Origin: Bugula neritina
Taxonomy: Eukaryota > Animalia > Bryozoa
Length of the DNA: 64,000 nucleotides
Direction: 5' to 3'
NCBI GenBank assembly: GCA_964035545.1
Contig: OZ037766.1
Span: 32,974,773-33,038,772, forward strand
Shown: piece by piece, positions 37,271 through 51,000 of the stretch
Layout: each line of letters starts with the position of its first letter
How positions within the stretch are numbered: position 1 is the first letter of the stretch
Notes under the pieces: model-generated
Seen by the model: only the letters and a program-made list of their open reading frames with translations
Databases searched by the model: none
What the model was told of the DNA's origin: nothing
Translations under genes and position numbers: made by a program

Positions 37271-40200
37271 CTATGAGATGGCCGTCACCGAGTGCCATAT
37301 TTTAGCTAGACTGAGAGTCAACCGAGAGCGAGTTAATCTCTGAGGAAACTGATCGCTAACTTTGGCATACAGAGTATTGTCAGTCATCGTATCCAGATCC
37401 GAGTCGCTGTCGGAAATATCTGACTGATCTTCGCTGACACAAATAGAGACCTAAAATATTACAGCATTATATAATAATATATATCATAGTATAATATGTT
37501 ACATAATAATATATATCATAGTATAATATGTTACATAATATAATGTATTATACAGTAGTATATATTATATTATATATTATCCAACAAAAACACACACACC
37601 TCATTATCAACATCCTGGTAGACCTTCTGTGGCCCACTACCATACAGCTGCACTCTGTTGTGGGACTGCGACCTGTGGAGGGTTTTGGGAAGGGGCTTGA
37701 AGTAGAACGCCAACTTACGCTGAGTTCTGTCAGACACCCCGTTTATGTACGGACGAGGTCGCTTGGGCTGAAATATCTTGCTGTGCACTTTGTCCTGGAG
37801 AGCCTAGAAACAGACGGAGTAATACTCAAGTCTGCACAGAGTAATACTCAAGTCTACACAGAGTAACACTCAAGTCTGCAGAGTAATACTCAAGTCTATA
37901 CAGAGTAATACTCAAGTCTACACAGAGTAACACTCAAGTCTACACAGAGTAACACTCAAGTCTACACAGAGTAACACTCAAGTTCACACAGAGCAATACT
38001 CAAGTCTACACAGAGTAACACTCAAGTCCACACAGAGTAACACTCAAGTCTGCACAGAGTAATACTCAAGTCTATACAGAGTAATACTCAAGTCTACAGA
38101 GTAACACTCAAGTCTGCAGAGTAACACTCAAGTCTACACAGAGTAACACTCAATACTATACAGAGTAACACTCAAGTCTGCACAGAGTAATACTCAAGTC
38201 CACACAGAGTAATACTCAAGTCTACAGAGTAATACTCAAGTCTACACAGAGTAACACTCAAGCCTATACAGAGTAACACTCAAGTCTGCAGAGTAACACT
38301 CAAGTCTGCAGAGTAATACTCAAGTCTACAGAGTAATACTCAAGTCTACACAGAGTAATACTCAAGTCCACGCAGAGTAACACTCAAGTCTACACAGAGT
38401 AACACTCAAGTCCACACAGAGTAACACTCAAGTTTACAGAGTAACACTCAAGTCCACACAGAGTAACACTCAAGTCTACACAGAGTAATACTCAAGTCTA
38501 TACAGAGTAACACTCAAGTCTATACAGAGTAATACTCAAGTCTATACAGAGTAACACTCAAGTCTATACAGAGTAACACTCAAGTCTATACAGAGTAATA
38601 CTCAAGTCTACACAGAGTAACACTTAGACGCACCTTGCTGATCTTCCAGGGGTTACTAGGGTGGAGCTGCTCTTGTGTGCGAGGAGGGAAAGTAACTCTC
38701 TCCGTCTTACACGTCACGGGAGGTGGCTCAGACTTGGTACTGCTCTCACCGTCTGAAGATGACTCATCTTGTGCTGGAGACTTTCTGGAAGATTCCTTGT
38801 GGGCAGTGGAATCGTTTCCTCCGTACTGAAAACAGAAATGTAGAGTTTCAGTATGCACTAGTATATACACTATACTCTACACTATACCTGTAGTATACCT
38901 ACACTATACCTGTAGTATACCTACACTGTAGTGAAATTAGCGCTAGTTTGCTAAGCTATTTTAGCTACATTAAGAAAAGCTTTCTACAGCACAGCCAGTG
39001 CTAACTCTGGCACTTGGCAATAGTTGGTGCTAGTGAACTGGTGTAATTTTAAGAGAGCAAAATAAGTAAGTTATTTACATTAATTATATTGTTTCCTTTT
39101 TTGTTTATTGTTTATTTATGTTTATCCTGATCATGTAAGTTTGAATTGCAATAATTGTAGTCTTGACGATGTCAATACGATGTCAATAGAAGTATAATAA
39201 AACATAATAAAGAACATCGGTGAAGAGTTAATGCTGAACTCAAAGCCTAGTTCACTATATACACTATACCTGTAGTATACCTACACTATACCTGTAGTAT
39301 ACCTACACTATACCTGTAGTATACCTACACTATACCTGTAGTATACCTACACTATACCTGTAGTATACCTACACTATACCTGTAGTATACCTACACTATA
39401 CCTGTAGTATACCTACACTATACCTGTAGTATACCTACACTATACCTGTAGTATACCTACACTATACCTGTGAAATACCTACACTATACCTGTGAAATAC
39501 CTACACTATACCTACTACAGTATACCTACTACAGTATATATACTACACTATACCTACTACGCTATACAGACATGCAAGTAGACAGTCACGCACTCACCGT
39601 ATCAAATCTCCAGAGCTGCGGGTTGTCGTAGATCGTCTCGCTGTGGTTGGCGTCCACCACGATCTCCAGATCAGATGGAGAGAGGTTCATGGAGAGGATT
39701 ACCTCCAGCTGTTTCTTGAACACCTCCTCTCTGGTCTTATAGAACCGTCTGCGTTCCTTCTCTCTCCTCGATATCATGTAGCACAGATTTCTAACCTGAA
39801 GGAGAATGCCAGCTGACTGTATACTGTCACAGTGGTAGAGATATACCCACCTGTGTACGCATACTTTCTGCTTGTAATTTTTCTATATTTATAGACTGAT
39901 ATCTCCTTTACTCAATGTCAATATAATGCAGAATTGAGTAAAACTGTATGAACTCACATTAAATCCTTGCTTAGCTGTGATTCCAGTCTGCAGTTGTGAT
40001 AAGAGGCAGCAAGGTGAGACAGAGAGACAGGTGAGAGAGAGACAGTTAGAGACATGTTTGTGGTAGCAGTAGATGATAACCGTAGTGAAGAGTTGATTGG
40101 TTAAGTATTAGATGTGGTAGTCCAGCATAGTTACAAGTAACACAGCGTCTCTGTATTTACCTCTGGTTTTATTATGTCTCAGCTAATTTAATAAGTTACC

Positions 40201-43200
40201 TAAATAGGAATGATTTGTCAGCTATACTACAGTTGTTCATGACTAACCTCAAGCTTACAATACTCAGTGTTGATACAATAGAATGATTACAAGAGATATG
40301 AGCTGTTTAAAATACCAGCAGGTTGTGTGGATGCTCAGCAGGTAAAATAACAACTCACTCTCTCCAAATCTTGTCTCAGCTGCACAAACATCTTCTGTCT
40401 AGCCAATAGGCTGCCTTCTTGCTGTCGCACTAACATATCCTCTTCTTCAGCTAAAATAAAATTGAAATGTTGATCAACTTTAAAGCAATGTCAGTCATAA
40501 TTAAAAAAATTTAGCCACCAATGAGGATCGAACTCATGACCTCCTGTTTACTAGACAGGCGCTCTAACCACTGAGCTATGGCGGCCAGTTGTACTCAGCG
40601 GCGCTTGTTTACCTTTATATTCTAAGCAAAACAAAATTGCTAAACGCCTTTACAAGCGACTACTATCGATAGCCATTCATAGTTATCGCTCTATACCAAC
40701 TAATGACGTTGAAAACTGGGTGCAGGTTTAGTCTAGAAAAGCAGACCTTTAGGGGCGAGCAGAGGATTGCTGAAGTTAGACTTTCTCTTCAACTTCCAGT
40801 ACTCGTAGACGAATCTGACCAGGTCTTCACTGTAGGAGAGCACTTTGGCAACCTCCGCTACTGTCACTGCATTATAGAACGTTTCTTCCAACTCAGCAAT
40901 TCTAAGGTAACAAAAACCTCCAGTTCAATAGTATTAATTTAGTTAGCAGTATCAACAGTTGGCAGTATAAACAATTAACAGTATCAACAGTTGATGGATT
41001 GGTCATCACATACTTTTTACTCCGGGCATCTTCCTTTTCCTGTTCTGTCAAATTCTTCTTTTCCTGATCTCGAGGCGTTGATGTGTGTTTAGGACAGTAT
41101 GCCTGCAAACAGAAGTACAGTGAGTAGAGTAGTAGTGAGAGTAGAGTAGTAGTGAGAGTAGAGTAGTAGTGAGAGTAGAGTAGTAGTGAGAGTAGAGTAG
41201 TACTGTGAGTAGAGTAGTACTGAGAGTAGAGTAGTAGTGAGAGTAGAGTAGTACTGAGAGTAGAGTAGTAGTGAGAGTAGAGTAGTAGTGAGAGTAGAGT
41301 AGTAGTGAGAGTAGAGTAGTAGTGAGAGTAGAGTAGTAGTGAGAGTAGAGTAGTACTGAGAGTAGAGTAGTACTGAGAGTAGAGTAGTACTGAGAGTATA
41401 GTAGTACTGAGAGTAGAGTATAGTAGTACTGAGAGTAGAGTAGTACTGAGAGTAGAGTAGTACTGAGAGTAGAGTAGTACAGAGAGTAAAGTAGTACTGA
41501 GAGTAGAGTAGTACTGAGAGTAGAGTAGTACTGAGAGTATAGTAGTACTGAGAGTAGAGTAGTAGTGAGAGTAGAGTAGTACAGAGAGTAAAGTAGTACT
41601 GAGAGTAGAGTAGTACTGAGAGTAGAGTAGTACTGAGAGTAGAGTAGTACTGAGAGTAGAGTAGTACTGAGAGTAGAGTAGTACTGAGAGTAGAGTAGTA
41701 GTGAGAGTAGAGTAGTACTGAGAGTAGAGTAGTACTGAGAGTATAGTAGCACTGAGAGTAGAGTAGTACTGAGAGTAGAGTAGCACTGAGAGTAGAGTAG
41801 AACTGAGAGTAGAGTGGTACTGAGAGTAGAGTGGTAGTGAGAGTAGTACTGAGAGTAGAGTAGTACTGAGAGTAGAGTAGTACTGAGAGTAGAGTAGTAC
41901 TGAGAGTAGAGTAGTACTGAGAGTAGAGTAGTAGTGAGAGTAGAGTAGTACTGAGAGTAGAGTAGTACTGAGAGTAGAGTAGTACTGAGAGTAGAGTAGT
42001 AGTGAGAGTAGAGTAGCACTGAGAGTAGAGTAGTACTGAGAGTATAGTAGCACTGAGAGTAGAGTAGTACTGACAGTAGAGTAGCACTGACAGTACCTTC
42101 AGATGCACGCTGGCATTCTCCTCGTCGTCGTCTTCGTCGTCCACCTCAGTCCTCATGTCCAGCTTGTGCTCGAAGGCGCAGGTGACGTGGAAGGCTGTCT
42201 TGCATGCCTTGACGTGACACTGGATGGGGGCACCTTGTCTCACCTTGCACAGGCAGCATACCAGGTTCCAGCGAGTTGACTGCAATACATCAGGTCATCA
42301 CATTACGTAGCACATGACGCTGTCTCACTAAGGGTAGTAGGAGAGATGTGCTCACGCTGCCTCACCTTTATATCTTTTATCTTGGTCACTGGTTCCATTT
42401 TCTCGGCATCACCTATGCTGACCTCGGGTATCCAGAGAGCGCAGCTGACGTGTGCCCACTTCTGTCCACTCCTGACAACCGAATAGACACAGTGACTCAG
42501 TTCATACGACAATGTGCATCCACCATGCTACTGATAGACACACTACTCAGTAGTTACAGTGTTGTATTAAGCACTCATTAGACTGAGTTCTACAGGTGAA
42601 TCTGCATACATACTTGGTAGGCTTCATAGCACCGCCCTTCTTGGGGCACAGCTCACACTGTGGTTTAATTCTCAGAGCACAAGTCCTGCAGTACCACTTC
42701 CCTTCCGGAATATTCTGAACTCCGTAACACGCCTGGTGTACACAGACGTCACATCCGTCACAGAACACCATCTCGTTTCCTTCTTCACTGTCCGGCTGCA
42801 GATGTATAAGCAGACGTAACGCACAAATACCAACACTACTCGGCACGTATATAATATATATATATATATACAAATATTAGAAGACAAAATATACTGAAGT
42901 GACTGAGTGACTGAAAGAGTTGAGTTAGAGAGAAGAGTCAGGGTGAGAGAGTCAGAGAGAGTTAGAGAGTAGAGTCAGAGTGAGAGAGTAGTCAGAGAGA
43001 GTAGAGTCAGAGTGAGAGAGTTGAGTCAGAGTGAGAGAGTAGTCAGAGTGAGAGAGTAGAGTCAGAGTGAGAGAGTTGAGTCAGAGTGAGAGAGTTGAGT
43101 CAGAGTGAGAGAGTAGAGTGAGAGAGTCAGAGTGAGAGAGTTGAGTCAGAGTGAGAGAGTTGAGTCAGAGTGAGAGAGTAGAGTGAGAGAGTCAGAGTGA

Positions 43201-45414
43201 GAGAGTAGAGTCAGAGTGAGAGAGTTGAGTCAGAGTGAGAGAGTCAGAGTGAGAGAGTTGAGTCAGAGTGAGAGAGTAGAGTCAGAGTGAGAGAGTCAGA
43301 GTGAGAGAGTCGGAGTGAGAGAGTAGAGTCAGAGTGAGAGAGTAGAGTCAGAGTGAGAGAGTTGAGTCAGAGTGAGAGAGTAGAGTCAGAGTGAGAGAGT
43401 CAGAGTGAGAGAGTTGAGTCAGAGTGAGAGAGTTGAGTCAGAGTGAGAGAGTAGAGTCAGAGTGAGAGAGAAGAGTGAGAGTTAGAGAGTCAGAGTGAGA
43501 GAGTAGAGTCAGAGTGAGAGAGTCGGAGTGAGAGAGTAGAGTCAGAGTGAGAGAGTAGACTCAGAGTGAGAGACTAACCGACTGACAGACGTTGCACACA
43601 CTGTTGATGTCAAACTCAACTCCCAGGCCGATGGTCGTCTTCTTGATCTTGTCAATATTCTCATGACACGTCATCTCCAGACATTCTATTATAGTTTCCA
43701 GTTTGTATTCCGGTATGGGTTCAAGACCTAGAGGAGACAATTCCTCCAGGGTTAACATTTACAGAACTATGCAGTAAAAGCTTTCTCAATATCTGAGAAG
43801 ATGATCAAATTAGGAATTATCATACTACTAAAGAGAGAAGACAACTCTACGTAATACTTGAGGAAATCGAGTTTACAAAAGTGCGGGGCTGTAAATAAAA
43901 TTACCTTAAAATTTCGATGCAAAATAAATAGATTTTAATAGTCAATAATTTAAATATAATACCACCTACACTGAGATATATACGTAATACAACACAACAC
44001 ACCGTATCAATACAACTTACCCATGTCAACCCTTTCCTCGTTACACCTGTCCAGCCAGGCAACATCAAGGTCATCAAGGTCATACCGACACACCGTGTCT
44101 GCCTGGTCGTTGGCATTTTTATATTCAAAGTTCGTCTCACTAAACCTGGTTGGGTCCTCATGAGTTAGAATGTATTTATTAGGTCTGCAAATAGCATACA
44201 GGAAGTAGTATACAGGAAGTAGCACACAGGAAGTAGTATACATAAAGTAGTGCGCAAGAAGTAGTACACAGGAAGTAGTACACAGGAAATAGCATACAGG
44301 AAGTAGTACACAGGAAGTAGTACATACAGACTGAATGAGCCGGTACTCTTGGGCTGCAGCTCCTTAACGACGGCCTTGAACTGTTTGCTGGCGTCTTTGT
44401 TGACGGGCACCTGCACGCCTCTCTCCCAATCCTGGCGCCACGCGTCGGCTATCTGAATGTACTCCTCCATCAGCAGGGGCTCTGAGTCCGGCAGCTTCAT
44501 CGCACTGATCAGGTCCTGCAGAGACGGGAAACATACACTGTACCCAAAGGAAATCTTCACAAAGACATCATGCATTGCCTGAAGACAAACCTGCACCATT
44601 AGCATTAACATAATGTATTTGCAGCTGTTGGTAGCAGAAGTTATTTCTCAGTGTGAGTCAGAAAAACTCAGTGAACTTTCAGTTTGTTATGAGACGACTG
44701 CCAGCATCAAGGGCAGCTAGTAGCTGACCCTAAGTCAAGGTGTGACCAAGCAGTGGTGGACCTGTTACCTTTCTGAAAAGTTCAGCCGGTTTCTGCTTGT
44801 CCTGAGTGCTGCCTCCTCTGGCGGTGCTGTCAGCAAACTTTCCCCCGGTAGCGGGTCGGGGTGTGGAGGGACCGTCATCCTCGCTGTCGGTCAGGTTAGA
44901 CAGCTGCTGGTATTTCCGCTTCTTTCCTTTCCCAACACTTTTACCTTTACCTACGCCCTTCCCTCTTTTACCTGCAGGGAAATAGAGCAGTCTACTTGCT
45001 TTTCATTTACCAACAGTTGATTGATTAGTCAGGTAGATTTCGCAACAGTGGTACCATTCAATAATCAACATTAAAAATGGGGAACTTTTTACTTAAACTG
45101 AATAGGGATAATTAAAATATAGTATTTGCTATTAATTAAGGGTTACCTATAACTTGCTCATAAAATACACACTTGAACTGTGAGTTATATAGACTGAGCA
45201 CCTACATGAGTGTTTAGCCTGTGAGTTATATAGACTGAGCACCTACATGAGTGGTTAGCCTGTGAGTTATATAGACTGAGCACCTACATGAGTGGTTAGC
45301 TGTGAGTTATATAGACTGAGCACCTACATGAGTGGTTAGCCTGTGGGTTATATAGACTGAGCACCTACCTGAATAGTCATCATACTGCTCAGATTTTCGC
45401 CTGTGGTTAGGCAT
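37271..45414 (-). CDS. JADE: JADE family PHD-finger protein (Jade-1/2/3, rhinoceros-like; HBO1 complex scaffold)
   Basis: Exons 45414-45369, 44971-44769, 44515-44328, 44184-44021, 43727-43579, 42795-42614, 42471-42366, 42279-42097, 41102-41014, 40901-40747, 40450-40359, 39795-39598, 38825-38634, 37803-37600, 37450-37271. Motifs [45 protein letters not shown] domain ([34 protein letters not shown]), [15 protein letters not shown]. Confidence 0.93.
37817..38624. repeat. 22/20-bp minisatellite filling JADE intron 37804-38633
   Basis: Unit cagagtaacactcaagtctaca. Confidence 0.95.
38862..39565. repeat. 22-bp minisatellite interrupted by an insertion
   Basis: Unit ctacactatacctgtagtatac at 38862-38928 and 39256-39565. 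Confidence 0.9.
38929..39257. mobile_element. Candidate MITE inserted in a 22-bp minisatellite
   Basis: Unique segment of about 330 bp splits the array; ends TA-GTGAAATTAGCGCT and AGCCTAGTTCAC-TA are imperfect inverted repeats with flanking TA. Confidence 0.5.
40513..40585 (-). tRNA. tRNA-Thr(AGT), intronic in JADE
   Basis: Reverse complement GCCGCCA-TA-GCTCAGTGGTTAGAGC-G-CCTGT-CTAGTAA-ACAGG-AGGTC-ATGAG-TTCGATC-CTCAT-TGGTGGC-T; all stems pair; T7 terminator downstream. Confidence 0.95.
41115..42095. repeat. 17-bp minisatellite filling JADE intron 41103-42096
   Basis: Unit gagagtagagtagtact; begins at the donor GTACTG. Confidence 0.97.
42940..43573. repeat. About 19-bp AG-rich minisatellite starting at a donor
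   Basis: Unit agagtgagagagtagagtc. Confidence 0.93.
44190..44326. repeat. Short repeat filling intron 44185-44327
   Basis: acaggaagtagta core repeated. Confidence 0.85.
45178..45368. repeat. About 41-bp repeat starting at a donor
   Basis: Minus-strand unit gtaggtgctcagtctatataactcacaggctaaccactcat, about 4.7 copies. Confidence 0.93.
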
Positions 45415-46339
45415 TTTTATCAACAGCTACACCTGCATAGGTGAGGTGATGTACTCTCATCTACCTTCACATAGCCTAGTACCAGCAGTATGGTTGATAG
45501 GTGTTTTTATACTTCTAACTTGATTATATTCAACAGAGATCAGCTTGAGCACTCTAATCCTTGGAACTAAATTGAGGATAGTAGTAACGCCGACTGCTCA
45601 ATTAAACACTCTCTGCAACTATAAAGCAATACAGGGATGTTGGGATAAAGTTATAAAAGAGTAGAGTCAGTAGAGTAGAACAAATCAATAGCGATTGGAC
45701 ACTGAGTTAGCATGTAACACAGCAGGTGTAGTGTTATTATTAAGAGTAACTACTTGCAATGTATTAAATACATTATAATCAAAATACAATGTTTAATAGT
45801 TAAATGCTGAAATAGCCATACTCATGGTGATAGTCAATAAATTAACTGAAAGCCAATGCGATACTTAACCTGAGTTTGATAATTATAACTATAAGGAATT
45901 TAATCATTATAATATTAATAATCATACTCATAGTGACTGATAGTGATAATTATATTCATATTGATATTCAGTTTCACTATTACTATTAGTGTTACTATAG
46001 TGATAGTCTATAAAATATAAGTATATCATAATATTAATCATCATATATTAAATTTAATATATTCAAGATATCATGCTAACATTGATCACGATGTTCAAAT
46101 TGAAATTCAATTTTCATAGTCATACTCATAGTCTAAGTCATGGTCATACTCATACTGTCACTGAGTCTCAGTCCGAGACTGATGTCATACTTATTCACAT
46201 TGTGATTGTCATACTCATTGTGATTGTCTGATATTCATATTGATATTGAATTTGATATTCATATTCATATTGATATTGACAGCGCCTAATGATTACTAAT
46301 GATGAAAAATTCAAACAACCCATAATGAGTATAAGGAAG

Positions 46340-46720
46340 AAACACTCACGTTTATACGCGTGTAAACAATTACAAAAAAATATTTATTCTCAATTAATAC
46401 TTTTTAAAGAAAGATAGGCTCTTATAGTTATTGTTTAAAAATTAAAATTCTTTAAGAAAAACTCCCTGCTTAACTGTGAGCTTCAGACTGAGGACTAGAG
46501 TATTTTGCAGGCAGTACAAATTGCCGCGAGATGCGAGGCACGAAGTTCTATTCAAACTTTGTTAAAAGCTGCACCGCGACTGTTTATACAAAACATTTCA
46601 CGCGCGATAAACAATACGCACAGGCTACACACTTCAGTGCGCTCTAAATTCGTTTGTTGAGCTCTTTACTAAAAGAGGCACAGTCATTTTTCACCTACTA
46701 TACGTGTTCGGCTACTACTA
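46340..46720. promoter_or_regulatory. Probable bidirectional promoter core for JADE and TMEM165
   Basis: Local CpG cluster (ttgccgcga, accgcgac, tttcacgcgcg E2F-like) in an AT-rich gap between divergent start codons at 45414 and 48007. Confidence 0.45.
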
Positions 46721-48006
46721 AAGAAAAAGAGGATTACTCAGAGCCAGAATTTTAATACTTTTGCCATAATAAATCTAATGATTATTCTAATTAGTATAAA
46801 CTGAATGCAAATTACCCTTTTCCTGTTTGAAGATCATTATTATGAACAAATTTGGTAGCGAAATTTCAGTAAGTAGATAGCAATACTCAGTCCTAACACC
46901 AACAATGATAGTGATAGTACTACTAGTACTTGTAGTTGTCGACTACTAGCCACTAGGTCTAGAGTACTACTAGTACTACAAGTACTAGTACTAGTAGTAG
47001 TGATACTCATACTGATAGTAGGCGTAGCGGTAGTGTAACGGTTGTTTATTAACACTAACAGTAGCTCTAACTGTAAGAGTTGAGGCTTAAGACTGTTATT
47101 GTTAAGAGTATCACTATCATTATCAGACCATTATCATTTAATTTTATGATTATCATCATACTATCAGATTCAGTGTAACAGTAACAGACAACAGTAACAC
47201 TAACAGTAACAGTAAGACTAAGTGTAACTGTAAGCACTAATTTAACACAGTAACAGTGACACGTACAGTAAAAACTAAATTACTGAATGAGTAACTCTGG
47301 ATCTAAGCAGTAAGCTATTTAGCTAAAGCATCAGTATGAGTTATAACTTTAACTTACTCTTAGTCTTACACTTGACTTAGTGACTTACAGTTACAGTTAC
47401 TGCCTTAGTCTTAGTGATACTGATAGTCTTATGTCTTCATTGTATGACAATCGAAATGGTAATTTGACTATCACTATGACTATGACTCTATGAGCATCAC
47501 TGTGACTATGGCTGATAGCGATATTATTAGTATTATTGCCAACATGAATATCAATAAGTATAACTCTAAATATAAGTCATTAACTTTAAGAGAACATGAG
47601 TATGACATACTCAATAGTCAAACTCAATAAAACAAGTATAACTATTACTATTAATTAATACTATTGCTATAGTTGTATAAATAATAATTATTAGTTACCA
47701 TTACTGTTGGTATTACTATTACTTTTTAGCAATATCAATTCCTATTGAGTATTATTATTAGTATTACTATACGTATTACTTTGACTTTTTTATTTTCAAA
47801 TAAAACTGAGAGTGAATTTTATTTATCACTATGGCATAATAGATTTTCTACATATAATATAGTATATATTCTGTATATTATATAGTAGAGGTTATATATA
47901 TTATATAGTAGAGGTTACATATATTATATAGTACAAGTTATATATATATAATATAGCAGATATTCTCTGCACATGTTGGTTGTGTTGCAGAATTCACTCG
48001 TCTAGC

Positions 48007-51000
48007 ATGAAGCTGGTAGTTATACTCGTCATCCTCAGCTTGGCAGCAGTGAAGCACGCTGCCGCAGGTGCAGCTGACGGCGCTGTAGGGAACCAGGAAG
48101 AGAAGCAGCCACCTCTACCTCAGGGAGATGTTGGCAAGGCAGACGAGGTGCAGAAGGCAGATGGCAATCCTCCCGGGCAAAATAAAGTCAACGTAGAATC
48201 AGGAAACAAAGGGGTGGAGTCTACTAAGGAGGCTGTCAAGGATTTGGGTGTCACCGAAGGGGATGCTACCAAGGTCAGCTTTGCATGCTACTTGTGTGTG
48301 TGTTCGTGTGTGCGCGCGTAAGAGTGTGTGTGTAAGTGTGTGTGCGCGAGTAAGTGTGTGTGTGTAAGTGTGTGTGTTCGTGTGCGTGCGTGTGTGTAAG
48401 TGTGTGTGTGCGTGTGTGTGTGTGTGTGTGTAAGTGTGTGATAGGAATTGTAAGCTTTTGAATCAACTTTTCCATCTTTTAATAAGTTCCATTTCGTAGG
48501 ATTGGATTTGATAAGTGGAATTGGTGCATTCCTTCACCACTTTATTTTAGCATTTAATAATATCTGTAACTTGTAAAATATGTGATGTATTGTATATATT
48601 ATACATCACTTATGGTATATATAATATATATCCTATACAATAGTAGTTATGTATAATACTAGTTGTATCATATGACAGCATATAATATTATCTATGACAC
48701 GTAATATATATGATGTATATTACATATAGCCGGTATATGTATCTGTACACTAACTCACATGTTACTTGCGTAGCGTACATCAGATATATATTAATATTTT
48801 ATACACGTTTTAAAACGGCATTTCTATATATAAACATAAATTATTATTGAAATACTAACTCATCAGTCCATCAGTTTGTATAACTAATTGTTTTATAATG
48901 ACTTCTTTAAACATGTAAATTGGTTCTGTTGACACGCCTATAGGAAGTGATGTATGCTTGCCAACTCATTAAACTAAACTTTAATTACTTTGTTTCTGTG
49001 AGCTCTTCTGTTTTATGCTAATTTGCGACCGGCTAGCTGAGGTTGTTGTCCTGATGTTATATAATTTATGCGTGCCCTTCTGAGATACGTGACCCAACCA
49101 CTGTTTCCTCTTCGTCTTATCAGTGGCTCAGGAGCGAATGTTGGCTCAAGGGTTTAAGCAGTATTTTATCAATTTTCAGGGAAACGCAGGGTTCATGCAC
49201 GCCTTCGTAGCAACTCTCTCCGTGATAGTTGTGTCCGAACTTGGAGACAAAACCTTCTTCATATCAGCCATCATGTCAATGCGACATTCCCGAATCGTGG
49301 TGTTTGCAGGTGCCATGTCAGCGTTGGCTGTAATGCATGTCATGTCAGGTAAGGTGCCCCCTAGCAGGTGCCCCTAACTAGAGGTTATAGCTATGTATGA
49401 AGTTGAGTGATATCAAGTTAAGTAGAGAGTTGCTTACATATCTCATGGACAGCTAAATTTATGCACCAGGAAATACCCTCACTGTACACAGAGGTCATTT
49501 GATAGCATACTGTGAACATTAACCTTTAGTCCCCATGTTTTTCTTTGTTATTGAAATAATATTGAGCAGTTTTGAAAATAAACTTAGAAACTTGTATTAT
49601 CTAAATATAGCTGAATAAGCCTTGTGAGTGTGTTGAGTATATATGTCTGTACATATATATGGGTGCTGACTGTAATGTCTGTACATATATATGGGTGTTG
49701 ACTGTAATGTCTGTACATATATATGGGTGCTGACTGTAATGTCTGTACATATATATGGGTGTTGACTGTAATGTCTGTACATATATATGGGTGCTGACTG
49801 TAATGTCTGTACATATATATGGGTGTTGACTGTAATGTCTCTACATATATATGGGTGCTGACTGTAATGTCTGTACATATATATGACGTATTGACAGCGT
49901 TGTTTGGAACTCTGGCCACCCTGATACCCAGAAAGTTTACATTCTATCTCTCTTCCGGATTATTTGTGGTGTTTGGCTTGAAAATGTTGAGAGAAGGTGA
50001 GGAACGTAATATACACAATAATATAATATAATAATACAGTATGGTACAATAATATAATGTAATAATACAGTATAGTATAATAATATAATATAATAATACA
50101 GTATAGTATAATAATATAATGTAGTATAACAATATTCATAGTGTAATATAATGTATAGATAATATTATAATATACTCAGTAAAATAAAACAAACATAATA
50201 ATATAATATACACAGTAAAATGTAGAAATAATATAAAATAATAAACTAAACAGTGTATTGGTTGGGATGGTTCGGGTAATTATTGCTGGCTGCTACCTCA
50301 GTGGTAATCTGCAGATACTCTAATACCTCAGTGGTAATCTGTAGACACTCTAATACCTCAGTGGTAATCTGTAGATACTCTAATAACTCAGTGGTAATCT
50401 GTAGATACTCTAATAACTCAGTGGTAATCTGTAGATACTCTAATACCTCAGTGGTAATCTGTATATACTCTAATACCTCAGTGGTAATCTGTATATACTC
50501 TAATAACTCAGTGGTAATCTGTAGATACTCTAATACCTCAGTGGTAATCTACAGATACTCTAATACCTCAGTGGTAATCTGTAGATACTCTAATAACTCA
50601 GTGGTAATCTGTAGATACTCTAATACCTCAGTGGTAATCTGTAGATACTCTAATACCTCAGTGGTAATCTGTAGATACTCTAATACCTCAGTGGTAATCT
50701 GTAGATACTCTAATACCTCAGTGGTAATCTGTAGATACTCTAATACCTCAGTGGTAATCTGTAGATACTCTAATACCTCAGTGGTAATCTGTATATACTC
50801 TAATACCCCAGTGGTAATCTGTAGATACTTTAATACCTCAGTGGTAATCTGTAGATACTCTAATACCTCAGTGGTAATCTGTAGATACTCTAATACCTCA
50901 GTGGTAATCTGTAGATACTCTAATACCTCAGTGGTAATCTGTATATACTCTAATACCTCAGTGGTAATCTGTATATACTCTAATACCTCAGTGGTAATCT

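Noticed and set aside
40902-42285. Three long overlapping minus-strand ORFs (323-398 aa)
   Set aside because: Translations of a stop-free 17-bp repeat within a phase-consistent JADE intron
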